Shown: positions 11,982 through 24,604 of the stretch, one piece after another | Layout of the letters: every line of letters begins with the position of its first letter | Position numbering within the stretch: the first letter of the stretch is position 1 | Assembly (NCBI GenBank): GCA_030295235.1 | Contig: AP026152.1 | Location: 558,001-622,000, forward strand | Direction: 5' to 3' | DNA from: Fistulifera solaris | Taxonomy: Eukaryota | Length of the DNA: 64,000 bases | Translations under genes and position numbers: made by a program | Notes under the pieces: model-generated | Database searches by the model: none | What the model was told of the DNA's origin: nothing | The model's input: only the letters and a program-made list of their open reading frames with translations

Positions 11982-12466
11982 TATAATGTCGAAAACTTGT
12001 TACGGCAAGGAGGAGTTGAGTGAATGTTGCAAACCAACTGTCTCTATGTTACTTTACAGTCGCTTCGTGCTCAACGTGTCGTGCGAAACAAATGTGCAGT
12101 CTTGTTCTAGTTGTTGTTGCTTGATATAGCTGACGGATGAATGAGGCAGAGCCACAAATCGATCAACGAATCATCGAAAGATACAAAGTACAAAGCGTTG
12201 CATCGCAATGCACGGCGCAGCGAGGAGCTCGCTGGAACACACCGCAGTACCGTTTCTACACAAAGGTTATAGCACGCGACAGGCACGATCCGAACCCTTT
12301 TCCACAGCGTCTTACCGGTAATGAGCCTTGAAAGAAGATCTTCGCGAATGTCGTCATCGGTCATCGATCGACCCCTCATTCTTTATTACTCCGAGTATTT
12401 CTTGCATTTGTTACAATAGAATTAAAATTGCATTCTTGCTACCTTCGTTCGTTGCTCTCTTTCACT

Positions 12467-13246
12467 ATGCAACTCTTATCAAGACAATCACTCTTGCTTA
12501 GCCTGTCGACGGTCGTATGGCTCATCACCGGCCAAACACAAGCTTTTGCACCGCAATGGCAGCGTCCTCGGAGTACGACGATCCCGAGAATGGCTCCGAA
12601 AGAAACCACGTGGGATCGGATTACCGGACCCAAATTGTTCAAAACCGTCACCAATTGGCAGGGCATTCACGCTGTTCCTCTCGTACCACTCCGCATCTTG
12701 ACGGGCTTGCTCATGATCCATCACGGCAGTGAAGGTGGCACACTGCCCGCCAACGCCGGGACGGCCGAATTTCAAGGATTTGTGGATTTTGTCGTCCGAC
12801 CTTATTTCGGATTCTTACCGGGACCTTCCGAAGTCTGGGCGGCCTTGCACGATTATGTCGAATTCGGGGTGGAATCTTGTTGGCGTTGGGTTTCTTGACG
12901 CGACCGGCGGCTTTGTCTTTGTTAATCACAATGATGGGCGCCGTGTATTTTCATTTGTCGGCGACGGGGGCACAAGGATTTCCGTTGGGTCATGTACCGA
13001 ACTTTTCCTATGACTTTGAAGAACCGACCTTGTATGCGCTCATCTTTCTGTTGTTTTGGTTCAATGGAGCGGTACGTGTTGTGTGGAGCGATTTTGTAGC
13101 CTGTCTATTCTTTCTTTTCCACTTATGTATCAACTTGTCTATCCTCACACTTTGATCTCTTTCAATCCCATCTTTAGGGTCCTCTATCTATTGATTCCAT
13201 TGTGTATCAGCAAATTTCCCAAGAGGAAAATGCCAGTGAACCGTAA
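12467..13246 (+). CDS. DoxX-family membrane protein, plastid-targeted
   Basis: TQA-FAP bipartite presequence; LRILTGLLMIHHG...VEFG(G)GILLALGFLTRPAA DoxX pattern; frameshift ~12868; intron ~13072-13178. Confidence 0.8.
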
Positions 13247-13566
13247 CAGTATCATCTTAGACTAGCTATATAGACGATCGAGAATCGACGCAAAGAATAA
13301 AAAAAATTAAACTGTGATATTGCTAATGAAATCATCTGAAAAACTCATAACATACATTGACAACTATATTCTAAATCTAGGTTGTCTGAAAGAAAGAGCA
13401 GGTTGACTCCGTATATCGCAATACCTTAATGTCAACCATTTGAATAACTAAAGAATTATGACATTGGATTGACTGGCAATGACATCTAATAACAACAAAG
13501 ATTGACTACTGGGTTCTCTTTTCTGTTTTCCTAAAGACCGAACAATGCACCCATCCATCATGGACT

Positions 13567-15951
13567 TTACTCTTCGACAGGTGAACCACGGCTGATGCGA
13601 TCGAGTTCGTGTTGGAGTTGGGCACTGGTTTGCGACCGTTGGTCGAGACAAAGACCGACACTTTCAAAGTAATCGAGTACTTCCTCTTCCGTAGGTCGAC
13701 CGGATTCTTCCAGTAGTTGATCGAAATCACGTAGAGCGTCCATTTCCATGCGGAGAATCTCCATGATGCGATCGACGTGCACTTTATGGGCTCGGAGCAA
13801 GCGAATGGCAATTACCGTGTGCTCTGGTGGTTGTGACGCGGCAACGTTTTTCGTGGGAGAAAGAGGAGGACGATAACGGGGCTTGTCACCTGATACAGAA
13901 GTGCTGTTGGGTATAACATTTTCTTCTTCGCTAAGTTTACGAGGAAACAAATCTTCCAAGCCGTCATCCGATTCGCCGTCGTTTTCCAATGTGCTACTTG
14001 ACATACGGAAACGCTCTTGCATCAACATAGAGTTGCGGCTACGTCGCTTGGACGCGTGTTCCTTCAATTTCTGAATGCTTGCAATGTACGGCCCGTTGCG
14101 GCGGCTTTTTCCGCTGTCCGCAGAGGAAACCGAATCAATTCTAGGGCTGCCGCTAGCCACAGGCCGAATGTTTTCTTCGGGTCGAGACACCGGTGAAACA
14201 GGCACCTTGTGCATTTCCTTCATTGTAGGCTTTATTGTAGAAGTTGTCTCGTGACGAAACTCTCCGCTACCCGAACCACTCATCTTGGACAGGTCATCAT
14301 AATCCGACCTCGATTCGGAGCTGTAGCTTTTGAACACCGAGAGGTCATGGTCATCATTGCAGGCTGATGTGTGATCAAGAAAAGCGCTGGTTCTTCCATG
14401 CCGCTCATTGCCGGTAATGTGCATACCAGCTAATCTGGCAACAACATCAGTCTTATTTGTATCCTCAGCCGTATCAGGAGATGACGGCAGAGTCTCATCG
14501 GAAGTTTCTTCGGCGCTGCTTGACACCGTGATAGGTTTGTCAACTGTCCCGTGCTTAAAGTCAGGTGAAGCAGGACGGCCCTTGGTATTATCACCGTCTT
14601 TGGCAGATAAAAAGGCTGCATTGAGATCTTCAGGAAAGCGCGGACTTCCGACCTCTTTGTTGACCGGAACTTCTGAAGTACTTTGTTCCCTTGTTATGGT
14701 TTCCGTAGCACCATCCATTGTTTCCTTTTGGGCTCTTTCAAAAGATCCGAGGGAGACAGGAGCATCAGTGTTCTTCGTGCTGTCCGGAATACGCAAAGGA
14801 GGAGGTCGTGGAGGAGAACTTTTCGTCGGAACGGCTTTGACTGGATTTGTTTTGATCTCTAATGCTTTGGGTGCCAGCGGAGGCTGCGATGCATTGCCCT
14901 CCACCGGCTTGGTCGCCGCCGGAGGAACCGGCGCTACGCGACGCAATGGCGGACCCAAACCACCGGCACCGGCACGGCGACCCACTACTGCAATACTTTT
15001 TGGAACTCCCGCGGTGCTATCATCGTCAAAGCCAATACTCGAAAGGCTACTAGTGCGCGGAGGGGCCTTTCGTGGTGTTGCGGAGCGAAATGTCCCCGTT
15101 GCACGCGCTGCGTATCGGGTGTCGCTGTTGTAACTGAATTTGCTTGCCACCGACAAATCTTCCGAGTCTGGGCTGTTACCATTTCCAAGAGATTTCAACC
15201 ATTTCTGTATCTTGGGATCTTTTACAGAAGGACCCTCAGGATCATTTACAAGCTCATCGAAAAGGCGTCTCTGTGCATTACTCATGTATTGCAAGGCGGC
15301 CTTGGCGTGCACTCGAACCTGAGGAGAGGGATCTCGGAGTGTACGCACAAGTACATTGCCCACTTGCATCCAAATTTCGTCGGTTAAATAGCCATCTGTA
15401 GTCCAAGATTGAAGCGCAAGACCCAAATAGAAAGCGCACGCCTCCCGAACGGTGCGGCTTTTGTCTACTTTCAGCCGATCCATCCAAAGCGGCATGACCA
15501 TTTTGCAAGGAACTTCTGGAATGGCTTCAGCTACCATGTTCTGTACCGCCGTTCGGACAACTTGAACTGTTTGCGCATGAACAGAGAGAATGGTCGGCAT
15601 CATATCCTTGAAAAGATAACGTGCATCGCCCTGGCATCGATTGAACAGAATAATCAAATTCTCACAAGTCCTCTTCACAACACTGGATCGCGCATCTTTG
15701 AGCAATTCCGAGACAGCTATAGCCAAGTGTCGAAGAAGCGCGGGGTTATTGTACCAGGCGCTGTTTTTCGAATACGCCGTCCCCTCGGGGATCATTCCTA
15801 CTAAATGACTGAAGGCATCCGTTCGAGTCGTCCAATCCTCTGCAGCGGTTGTTTCAATACGATGACAGAATTCAACGACCGGTCCATCGTCGGCGAATGC
15901 TTGTCGAGGGCTGCCTCCTTTACTGGATGGGGTTTGAAAAATCTTGGACAT
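13567..15951 (-). CDS. CLASP-like protein: N-terminal TOG/HEAT domain, disordered Ser/Pro linker, C-terminal coiled region
   Basis: 794 aa; EDWTTRTDAF, LLKDARSSVVKRTC and LRDPSPQVRVHAK match the CLASP_N HEAT pattern. Confidence 0.8.
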   Translation of the reverse strand: MSKIFQTPSSKGGSPRQAFADDGPVVEFCHRIETTAAEDWTTRTDAFSHLVGMIPEGTAYSKNSAWYNNPALLRHLAIAVSELLKDARSSVVKRTCENLIILFNRCQGDARYLFKDMMPTILSVHAQTVQVVRTAVQNMVAEAIPEVPCKMVMPLWMDRLKVDKSRTVREACAFYLGLALQSWTTDGYLTDEIWMQVGNVLVRTLRDPSPQVRVHAKAALQYMSNAQRRLFDELVNDPEGPSVKDPKIQKWLKSLGNGNSPDSEDLSVASKFSYNSDTRYAARATGTFRSATPRKAPPRTSSLSSIGFDDDSTAGVPKSIAVVGRRAGAGGLGPPLRRVAPVPPAATKPVEGNASQPPLAPKALEIKTNPVKAVPTKSSPPRPPPLRIPDSTKNTDAPVSLGSFERAQKETMDGATETITREQSTSEVPVNKEVGSPRFPEDLNAAFLSAKDGDNTKGRPASPDFKHGTVDKPITVSSSAEETSDETLPSSPDTAEDTNKTDVVARLAGMHITGNERHGRTSAFLDHTSACNDDHDLSVFKSYSSESRSDYDDLSKMSGSGSGEFRHETTSTIKPTMKEMHKVPVSPVSRPEENIRPVASGSPRIDSVSSADSGKSRRNGPYIASIQKLKEHASKRRSRNSMLMQERFRMSSSTLENDGESDDGLEDLFPRKLSEEENVIPNSTSVSGDKPRYRPPLSPTKNVAASQPPEHTVIAIRLLRAHKVHVDRIMEILRMEMDALRDFDQLLEESGRPTEEEVLDYFESVGLCLDQRSQTSAQLQHELDRISRGSPVEE

Positions 15952-16724
15952 CTTTTATTGTCGATTGTAATCCGCAACACGCTGTCAAACTTCTTTGTGA
16001 ACAAATTAAGAGCTAGAGCTCGGTGACTTCCGTTTTTCCAGCTGTATAAGCAAGGTCTTTGCTATTTTTGTAGAGAACGACGCGGCTGCGAAGTAATAAT
16101 CATCAATTACAGGGTGTTCGTTTTGTTTGACAGCGGCGGTCTCATCATCCGAGGCGATCGCCAACCGAAAAAGCGATCTCGATCAAAAACACGGGCTTCG
16201 CGCGTTCCGGAAAGACCGCCCGCGATCAGTACCGTACTCTGGATGACTATAGCGTTAAATGTAGAAGGAAACCTCCTTCTTAGAAACGCCGTGATTGAAG
16301 CATGTTTTCAGTATAGGCAGAATGTACCGGTTGTTCAACAATGTCGCCGTTGTACTCATACTGCGGTTATTTTTTTGGATATCAAGAAATTTTGAAGGAT
16401 GCTAAATGTTTGTTGCGACGCCAGCCGATACAAGTTGCAAAAGTATTTATCACAACGGAGTATTACTTAGAGACAACTCAAACCTATCCAGTCATTGACA
16501 CGTGTCGGAACCTTTAACCTTAGCGTTGCATCCATGAAAGGAAGTTGCGTCGCCGCAAGCGCGCACCTTGACCATGACCATGACGCGATAATAAAGGATC
16601 CGTTTTCATTTGCCAGCGTTTTATTTCGCTTGTAAAAATTTACAGGCACCACTTATCTTCAAAGCATTGTTTGTATTTTGTTGAAAGAATAGCTTTCGAG
16701 GTTTACTGCTTTTAAGAAAATATT

Positions 16725-16979
16725 ATGTCGGGTCAATCTACCGCAACACCTCCTTCGGAACTCGCCGTGTCGTCAACGATCCGACAAGGAATGGAGACAA
16801 TGTTTATCAGAACAACCATGGGATTTCTTGTGGGAGGTATGGTGGGAGTTGTTTTGGCAAGATCTGGATCTTCCGGAGCCAGAAAAGCTTTAGCTGGTCT
16901 TGGTGCTGGTATAGGGATGGGATCTGGATGGACTCGTACCTCCATTGACCTAGAAGAAATGTTGGCTAACAAAAAGTAA
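16725..16979 (+). CDS. MIC10: MICOS complex subunit Mic10
   Basis: 84 aa; PPSE motif and two Gly-rich TM segments (GFLVGGMVG, GLGAGIGMGSGW). Confidence 0.8.
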   Translation: MSGQSTATPPSELAVSSTIRQGMETMFIRTTMGFLVGGMVGVVLARSGSSGARKALAGLGAGIGMGSGWTRTSIDLEEMLANKK

Positions 16980-18050
16980 TGCGGCGTTCTGAATTGAGTT
17001 CTCAAAAAAAAATAATAGAAATGCTGTTATGTTTTCCAATCAATATTCGCGACACATTATAAACGAAATGTCAGTTTTATTTTTCATTCTTTGCTCGCTG
17101 TACTATGAAGCCTTAAATCCGTGGACCTAAGGTTTTCTCCATAGCTTGCAGCGTTGCACGAGGCCGGGCCTACAAAGATTTCAAGAGGTAGGCCGTCCAT
17201 GTTTCAATCATCCAGACTGTGAAACGATCTCTAGAGACTACAGATATAGCTTAAAAATCAATTGTAGGTAAATGGTAATCACGAAACTCCCATGGTGTAT
17301 CGACATCGCAAGTGTTTTCATTTCTCACGCCCCAATTGTATAGAATGCACTGGTACCAAGTCGAAAAGATGATCAAGTAGTACGATAGCCGATAGGCAAG
17401 GAAGGGACGCGTGACTGGATAGACGAGTCCTGAATATCAGCATTTCCATTCCTTAACTATAGAACGTGTATTGTCTGTTCTTCTTTATGTATAATCAATA
17501 GAGCCGTCATTGTTGTACTGAAGACATTTTATACTTAATAAGGCGCCATGACGTATTTAGTACTCAATCAATCTAATTTTATGGCAGTATCGAACACGGT
17601 GTACAAATGTCCTTGACCATTCACGTAATTAGCTGAACGGATACACAAACTGTGGCAACTGTTGTTTACCCGTCTTTTGGTCGATGCAGCGAAACGCTAC
17701 GCGTTTGAAAGCAATGAAAGCTTTGGCAAAGTGTCGGAAAGGTAGATCACTCTTTCTATTTACCGCTATTTTAGAAATAGTTAAACGTTGCTTCTTAACG
17801 GAATCGAGAGATCGGGTAGAAGGGTGTTCATCACGGCTCGAGCAATCGTATTGTTGGAAAGCACTTTCATTTTTCATTGCGGAAGACTCCGAACAGCTGC
17901 GACGTCGATATATATCTGCACATTTGTGGCAGTGCTTTCTTGCAAGGAACGTCGAATTATTTCCGCAATAAAAAGACATCACTTTTCCGCAGGAAATCTT
18001 ACTAGCAAGCGTTTAAAATAAGTGAGGACGCTGAAAACGAAGCAGCCTCC

Positions 18051-20126
18051 ATGTCTGCTCCCCGAACGTCAATGGCGACAATTTCTGATTCAACTTGGAA
18101 TAGCGCGACGAATAGCGCTACAGCAGCAGGCTCTTCATTATTAAGTTTTGTTACGGGCGCTACTTCGCGTGCCGCACGACCAGCTGATTCACAAATGTCA
18201 TCACAGCAGCAAAAACAACTTCAGGGAGAATCCTGGAGTCGGGGAGGAAAGCAGTTTAGTTCCCATCGCGAAGTGTACACCCGCTCTCTTTTCCGTTTAT
18301 GTCTCAAATTTACAACTTCGGAGGACGAAGATGAAGGCAAACCCGAACCCGCAACCGCGTATTGGACTGTATCTGGAAAAACAACAACGATAGGAAATGC
18401 TGGCCAGAATTCGCCGACTCCAGACACAATATGCCGCAGAATGGATGATTCGATGTCCGGTCCTGCGGCAGGCATTCTCACCAGGTTGACCGATAGCGAC
18501 GGAGAACAAGCAGCAACTTATGCTTTGCGATCAGGGATGACCTGCGGTTGGCAGATCAGTGGTGAACGGGGCGATGCCGCGATTCGTGTTGGAAAAGCCA
18601 AAGTGTTTCAGACCAAAAAAGGTGCCGATGAAGCGACGGGTCGAGAAGCGCAAATATTGTCCCTCGATGCAGATCGGTGGGTTTTGTGTAAACAGGCCTC
18701 CTTTGCCGCGGGAAACTCAGTATTCAATGTGGAAGACTACAATGAAGCGAAACAAAAGATTACCGTGCACTGTTCGAAGGGCCCAATGCGCGGAAAGGTT
18801 TTTGATGTTCATGCTAATCGATGTCCATTTGTCTTTGGACGAGCTCACGAAGCGGACCTGTGTATTATGGACCGAGAACTAAGTCGTAGACACGGCGCAA
18901 TTCTCTACCTGCCGAACCGGAAAAATCGAAAAACGGGCAACGGAACATTCATTTTGGTCGATCTCGAAAGCACGGTGAGTTCCTTACCTTAAGCCTTCTC
19001 GTATATATTTCTCTATCTGTAGTAAAGCTAACCCTTTATGAACAGAATGGATCTTACATGCGTCTCACGGGTCCATACGCCTTAAAAGGCATCGGAGCGT
19101 TATCTCTGGGCGATGAGTTTATTGTAGGAAGAACTGGGTTTTCGGTCAACCGTTTTGATTACGGAATTTCTGAAGCGATTGGGGCGCGACCAACAATGGA
19201 AGACAGAACGGTTGTGATTCAGAGTTTGCTGCTCGAACCATCGCATGGCTATTATAAAGGCGAACCGAAGGAAGAATTAGAAGAGCTTGCGATGACTACT
19301 TTGCTGCTGTATTTGACGGTCATGGTGGAGACGAATGTTCGAACTATTTGGTAGAGGCTTTGCCAAGACAAGTACGAGCTGCGCTGCTAGCTGAGAGAGT
19401 CGCGCTAAGGACTGCTATCGAACAAAGCGAAGCGAATGGACGAACTGAGCAGCCCGAAGATCCTGCATCAGAACTCATCAGAAGGATACTTAAAGCCGCC
19501 TACCTCCGAACCGATAGAGACTTTATTTCGCCAAAAATTCTCCTCAGAGCGGATCTACTGCCGCAACTGTGATTATGTTCGGTCGCCGTTTGTTCGCGGC
19601 AAATGTTGGAGATAGCCGAGTAGTGCTTTGTAGAGCAGGAGGGCAATGCGTTGAGCTGACAAGTGACCACAAGCCAAATAGGCCGGACGAAGCAGCTCGT
19701 GTTCGCGCGGCGGGTGGATTTATTTTGAACAAGCGAGTAATGGGTGAATTGGCAATTACCCGCGCCTTCGGAGACAAATCGTTTAAGATGGGGATCAAAG
19801 CTATGATGGAGGAAGAAGCGGAGGAAGTATCTGGTAATGCTGAAGCGAAAGACCTTACCGCGCCGTTGGTCAGTGCGGAACCAGAAATCGCTTCCATGAT
19901 TTTGAGCCATAGTGACGAATTCCTCCTACTCGCATGCGATGGACTTTTCGATGTGTTCAGATCACAAGACGCTGTTGCGTTAGCTCGACAAGAGCTAATC
20001 GCTCATCGCGGTGAGCCTGCCGAGGTTGCTCGTATACTCAGTGATCAAGCCATTCGCGTACGGCGAAGCAGAGACAACGTTAGTATTTTGATCATCGTGC
20101 TAAGGCCATTTTGGGAGCTTAACTAA
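18051..20126 (+). CDS. FHA-domain-containing PP2C protein phosphatase
   Basis: FHA motif FVFGR...ELSRRH...DLEST|NGSY across intron ~18975-19046. PP2C motifs RPTMED, FDGHGG (frameshifted), ANVGDSRVV, DHKP, TRAFGD, LACDGLFD and DNVS. Frameshifts ~19300 and ~19535. Confidence 0.9.
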
Positions 20127-20293
20127 TTGATTTACTCCTTTGAGTCAACGATCACTGACATGAAGAATGATCGAGCATTTTTAATTGCGTTCAAGCATCG
20201 AACCGTGTATCGGTTAAAGTAGAACCGACTAGAGGGTTGTAAGGTAATCCATTCTAGGGTGATCTTGCTCTATAATTTACATTATAATATAAA

Positions 20294-21554
20294 TTAGGAA
20301 AGTGAAATCCACAAGAGCGGGAAAAGCCATATGAAAATTGCCAAGGTAGCACTCCACCACTCTCGTTTCCGTTGCCTTTCTGACCACTCGCTAGTTTGTA
20401 GTGGTTGATACTTGCTGCCTATTATATTTGCTGCCGCTAGCGCCCATCCAAAATAGGATGCACCAAGTGTGCCCAAGAAGCAATTATAAGGTTGCTGTAA
20501 CCATGCCGCTGCTGTCAGTAGTATGGCACAGCTGAAGAGAGGAAACCTCCGATGCGGTTGAAGAATACCCGTCGCACAGAGAACCCCACATGTTCCCCAG
20601 GAAATGCCTCCCGTCAGCGTTCCGACTATTTCACTCTCGTCTCTCTGAAACGTATAGCGTACCATTTTCGAGTCGTCCCAAGCCAAAGTCCATAATTCAC
20701 CCGTCACTACTGCAGTCACGTAAATAACCAGCGCTTGTGCTGGCGAATAGCGCAAAGATCTCGCGGATTTGCGCATTTGTTCTTGTTCTTGAGTATTCGA
20801 CAGCACGAAAACCCATATGAGACATACAATTGCCCATTCCCCCCAGCGAAGTCGACATGCAAATGGCGGTCCCCAAACGCCAATACGAATGATTCGAAAC
20901 GGTAATGGTGGGAGCCAAGGCCCCGCATCGCAGCAACGTCTCATCACCGGGCCTCCACCATGTCATCCATGCATACGGTGAAAAAAGTGAATACCGTTCG
21001 TTCGATAAAATTGAGGCATCACCGCTTTTCCAAGACCAAATTAGCATGACTATTAACTGCAGCAGCGACAGCGAACATATCCAGAAACCGGTTCTTTGAA
21101 GACGTATTCTTCTGGCCGAAAAGAACATGGTCGACGGAGATAGAGGAATTTCTGCCGTATAACGCGGATGAAAGGAAGTCGCCGTCGATCGAATATTTGG
21201 TGGTGGTTGTAATAGAGAAGAATGTTCACTCGGATATTGTTGAATGTTTCGTTTTGGGAGACCATCGTCGTATTGCAAGGCCACTTTAATGCTGGATTTG
21301 CGCTGTTCCTCGTCATCGTCGGCAGTACTATTGCTATGCTCATCATCATTATCAAATGACCGAATCGGACTCAAGCGCGCCCCGATCCAAGAAGTATCGT
21401 GCAATCGAGGCAGACTGCCCGGTTCAGCCGAAGAGGAGCGAGCATTGGGTTGAAAGAAGGATAGAGAAATCGGAGAAAAGAAGTCGCTACTGTCATCGCT
21501 TTCGTGTCCATCTTCCAAGTGATTTGGTTTCGTGTTATTATTTAAAGGGTTCAT
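20294..21554 (-). CDS. Rhomboid-like membrane protein, probably catalytically inactive; frameshift ~20845
   Basis: Disordered N-terminus, then TLLRCGAL...YWRLGTAI (rhomboid L1/WR loop-like) and several TM helices; no GxSG. Confidence 0.55.
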
Positions 21555-22014
21555 CGTAGGTTTGAGGATTTATGCAATAGACTCTCTTTCTAGGGGAAGA
21601 GCATTGGTCATTGCGCCTTCAAAATTTTTGTTGTTGTCTTTTCTTTTCTCGTAACCTCATTATTTCAGTATGGTTAAGGCTTTGATGACGTAAATTTCAT
21701 TCCACGTGGCACACACGGGATCCACGATCCACGTCCGCGTCAGAAGAGGTTCGGAAAATCCATCACATGATCGCCAACGAAATGGCGACCGGTACTCATA
21801 GTATGGAGTAGAAAGAAGGCAAGCGGAAACGGAGGTCTGTTTTTGACCTTTCCCTTTCCTCCACGCGATTTTGTACGCGTTCATCTTCTCGCGATGAAAA
21901 ATAAATCCAAACTCGCAGAACGAACGAATAATACATCATCATTCAATTCGACTTGATTCCTTTCATTCGTTTCCTATTTCACCTTCACAACACAATAGAT
22001 AAAAGAGAAGAAGG

Positions 22015-23038
22015 ATGGAGACGTCAAGACCTTTTCTAAGACGGTGGCTATTGACATACACTGGTTTTCTGCTCGCCAGCAGCGTGCACGCCTTTGTGCC
22101 GCATCGACCCGTGATGCCGGCGTTTGCGTGGCAACATCACAGCATGACGGCAGATAAGGCGACCGATCTTCCGATGATTGAAACGATGCGAGCGGGGGAA
22201 ATTAAAAAGGAATTAGAGAGCTACGGTATATCTACTGTCTCCTTTCTGGAAAAGAGTGAATTGGTCAACGCCCTCACGAAAGCTCGGGCAGAAGGACTTA
22301 CCCCCAAGGTATCATCTGCTTCTACCAGTTCAACGTCGTCCACAACCAGCAACACCAGCTCGAAGCAAACGGATACTACTAGTGGAAAACCGAGAAGTGA
22401 ACGTATTCGAGAGGAAATGGAAAAATTGCAATCCATGAAGGCTTCGGAAATGAAAAAGAACTCGAAGAACTCGGTGTTTCGACCAAATCCTTCTTCGAAA
22501 AACAAGAGTTCATGAAGGCTTTGGCCGAAGCACGTGTCGATGGCGTGAAGAATGAAGAGTCGTATGCGGAATACACCAATGTGGAAGTTTTAACGGACGA
22601 GTTCTCGGGTCCCCGTCCGAAAGGACAGCAATCACCGAGTTCGTACGGTGGGCCCGTCGATGGTCCCGGTTCCGTGGGCGGCATGGGAATTGCGGATATT
22701 TTGAAAAACATGGGAGCTGGCGGAGCCGGACGTGGACCTTTGCGAATGGAAATGTTGGCAACGCCAGTCCGTTTGGCGGAGCGAATCCATTCGGTGGCGC
22801 CAATCCGTTCGGTGGTAAGGGAAGTAGTCCATTCGGAGGTGTTGATCCAGGTTCCTTTGCCAGGGCCCAAAAAATGATGAAAGACCCCAAGGTACAACAA
22901 ATCATTGCCAAGGCACAATCCAATCCTGCGATTATGAAGAAGATCAACGAATGCATGAGCAGCCCTGCTGCATTCGCGAAATACCAGAATGACCCGGACG
23001 TTGCGGATTTGATCAAAGAACTTCGAAAATTTAGCTAG
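22015..23038 (+). CDS. Plastid-targeted protein with two short helical repeats and a C-terminal STI1-like domain
   Basis: VHA-FVP presequence; repeats MRAGEIKKELESYGIST.SFLEKSELV.AL and MKASEMKKELEELGVSTKSFFEK; Gly/NPF-rich linker; MMKDPKVQQII...NPAIMKKI...YQNDPDVADLI. Frameshifts ~22457 and ~22740. Confidence 0.7.
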
Positions 23039-23178
23039 AAAAGTGTGCCGTGTTTTCCGCCACACAAGCACAACGATCATTGCATGAGTAGTATCATCAG
23101 AGGTATTTTGACAGCCTATAAAAACCATATCACCAAGTCAAACAACAAGCGCTTCTATAACATGTTTACTCTGCGTTT

Positions 23179-24406
23179 CTAATAGTACGTTCCTTGTTCT
23201 TTCCGTTTACTGTTCTGAATGAAACTAACAATGATCGACGTCAAACGATGACGGCCGTCCAGAAGGTGCACCGCGTGATCACTGTCGGCCAGAATCGACC
23301 AGGTGCGATCGGAGCCGCGCCCCAAATTGCAAAACAACTCCTGTTGTATATGCAAAGGCGCATAGGGATCTTGATCGCCGGCCACCACCAGAGTGGGAAC
23401 ATGTATTCGAGCCGGATCGCAGTTGTTGAACTGGTACAAATGCCTCCAGGATGCTTTGATGGGGTCACTCACCAAGGCGGCGGTACCGAAATGACAAGCG
23501 GGCTCGGGTGGAATGGTGCCTTCGATGGTAAAGTCTTCAATGGCGTCATCGAACGTATTGAGTCTTGGCTCTGGTACTTTGGCTGGATCCGGATTCATGT
23601 TGACGTAGAGAGGATCGCGCGGATATCGATGCAATGGATCATAGATGGAGCCATACAAGATTAATTTCGACAAGGCGGTTCGCTTGAGTTGTGCCGTCAG
23701 TTGTGCGACTAAAGCACCCTGACTCCACCCCAAGAGTGCGGGAAGCTCCGCCTTGGTTCCATTCGCATCGATCAAATCGGCATCAAAGCCATGTCGTTCC
23801 GCAATCCATTCCAAGACCGACTCCGTATCACGAACACAACGCAGTGGCTCTACGCATCCCGTGTCATCCTTGGCCGTCCCTCCAAAGCCACGAAAATCCA
23901 TGCAATACGGAACGAGCCCATGTTCGAGCAAAGCTTCCATGAGAGATCGCGACTCATCGCCGCGGGCCCGGTGGGTAGGACCGCCCATGAGATGATAGAC
24001 CGGAACCGACGACCACGTGCGACCGTGCAACAACAGAATCGGACGCAGCGACGGATCCTCTTGGTACTGAACGGGCTCGGTGCTTTGAATACCGTATACG
24101 GCGAGGGGTGGTCGTCGCCTTTGGCTTTGACGGAATATACATCGAGGCCATCAAACAAATGAGCTCCCTTTGCCCAAGCTGTGTGCTTTCAAAGGATTTG
24201 TCGGCTGTACTGGAAGAGAAGCGTGTTGTGGAGACACCGCCCGGTCCGGAAATCGTCTGACTGGAACTGAATCGAATCAAGTTGGGTGAAATGTAATAGC
24301 GACCAAATCGTCGTTTGCCCGCCGACTGAAAGGCCGGCGAAAAGCACCGGACAACGGAAGAGCGATTGAGCATGAGAATCAGTGAAGCAATAGATAGAAA
24401 GAGCAT
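23179..24406 (-). CDS. Alpha/beta-hydrolase with organelle-targeting-like N-terminus
   Basis: LLLHGRTWS, MDFRGFG, GWSQG nucleophile elbow, AGDQDP and DHAVHL give a Ser-Asp-His triad. Frameshifts in the 5' part (~24065-24170). Confidence 0.85.
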
Positions 24407-24604
24407 GTAACAAGACAGCAAATATAACAATGTATATTGTTGGATAATGAAAGGAAAGGTTGATTGACTTTCTCGGAAATGAAAGACTTTTGATGTGCTT
24501 TACTTTTGCGGTTTTGCGAACGGCGCGCGACGGGACGACGTACGAAACCACCCCTAACCCTACAGGAGCTCGTTAGCGTTGTAGAAATCGTACGACAACG
24601 ATCT

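Noticed and set aside
24552..24562. Telomere-like ccctaacccta next to the minisatellite
   Set aside because: Fewer than two full units; expected by chance.
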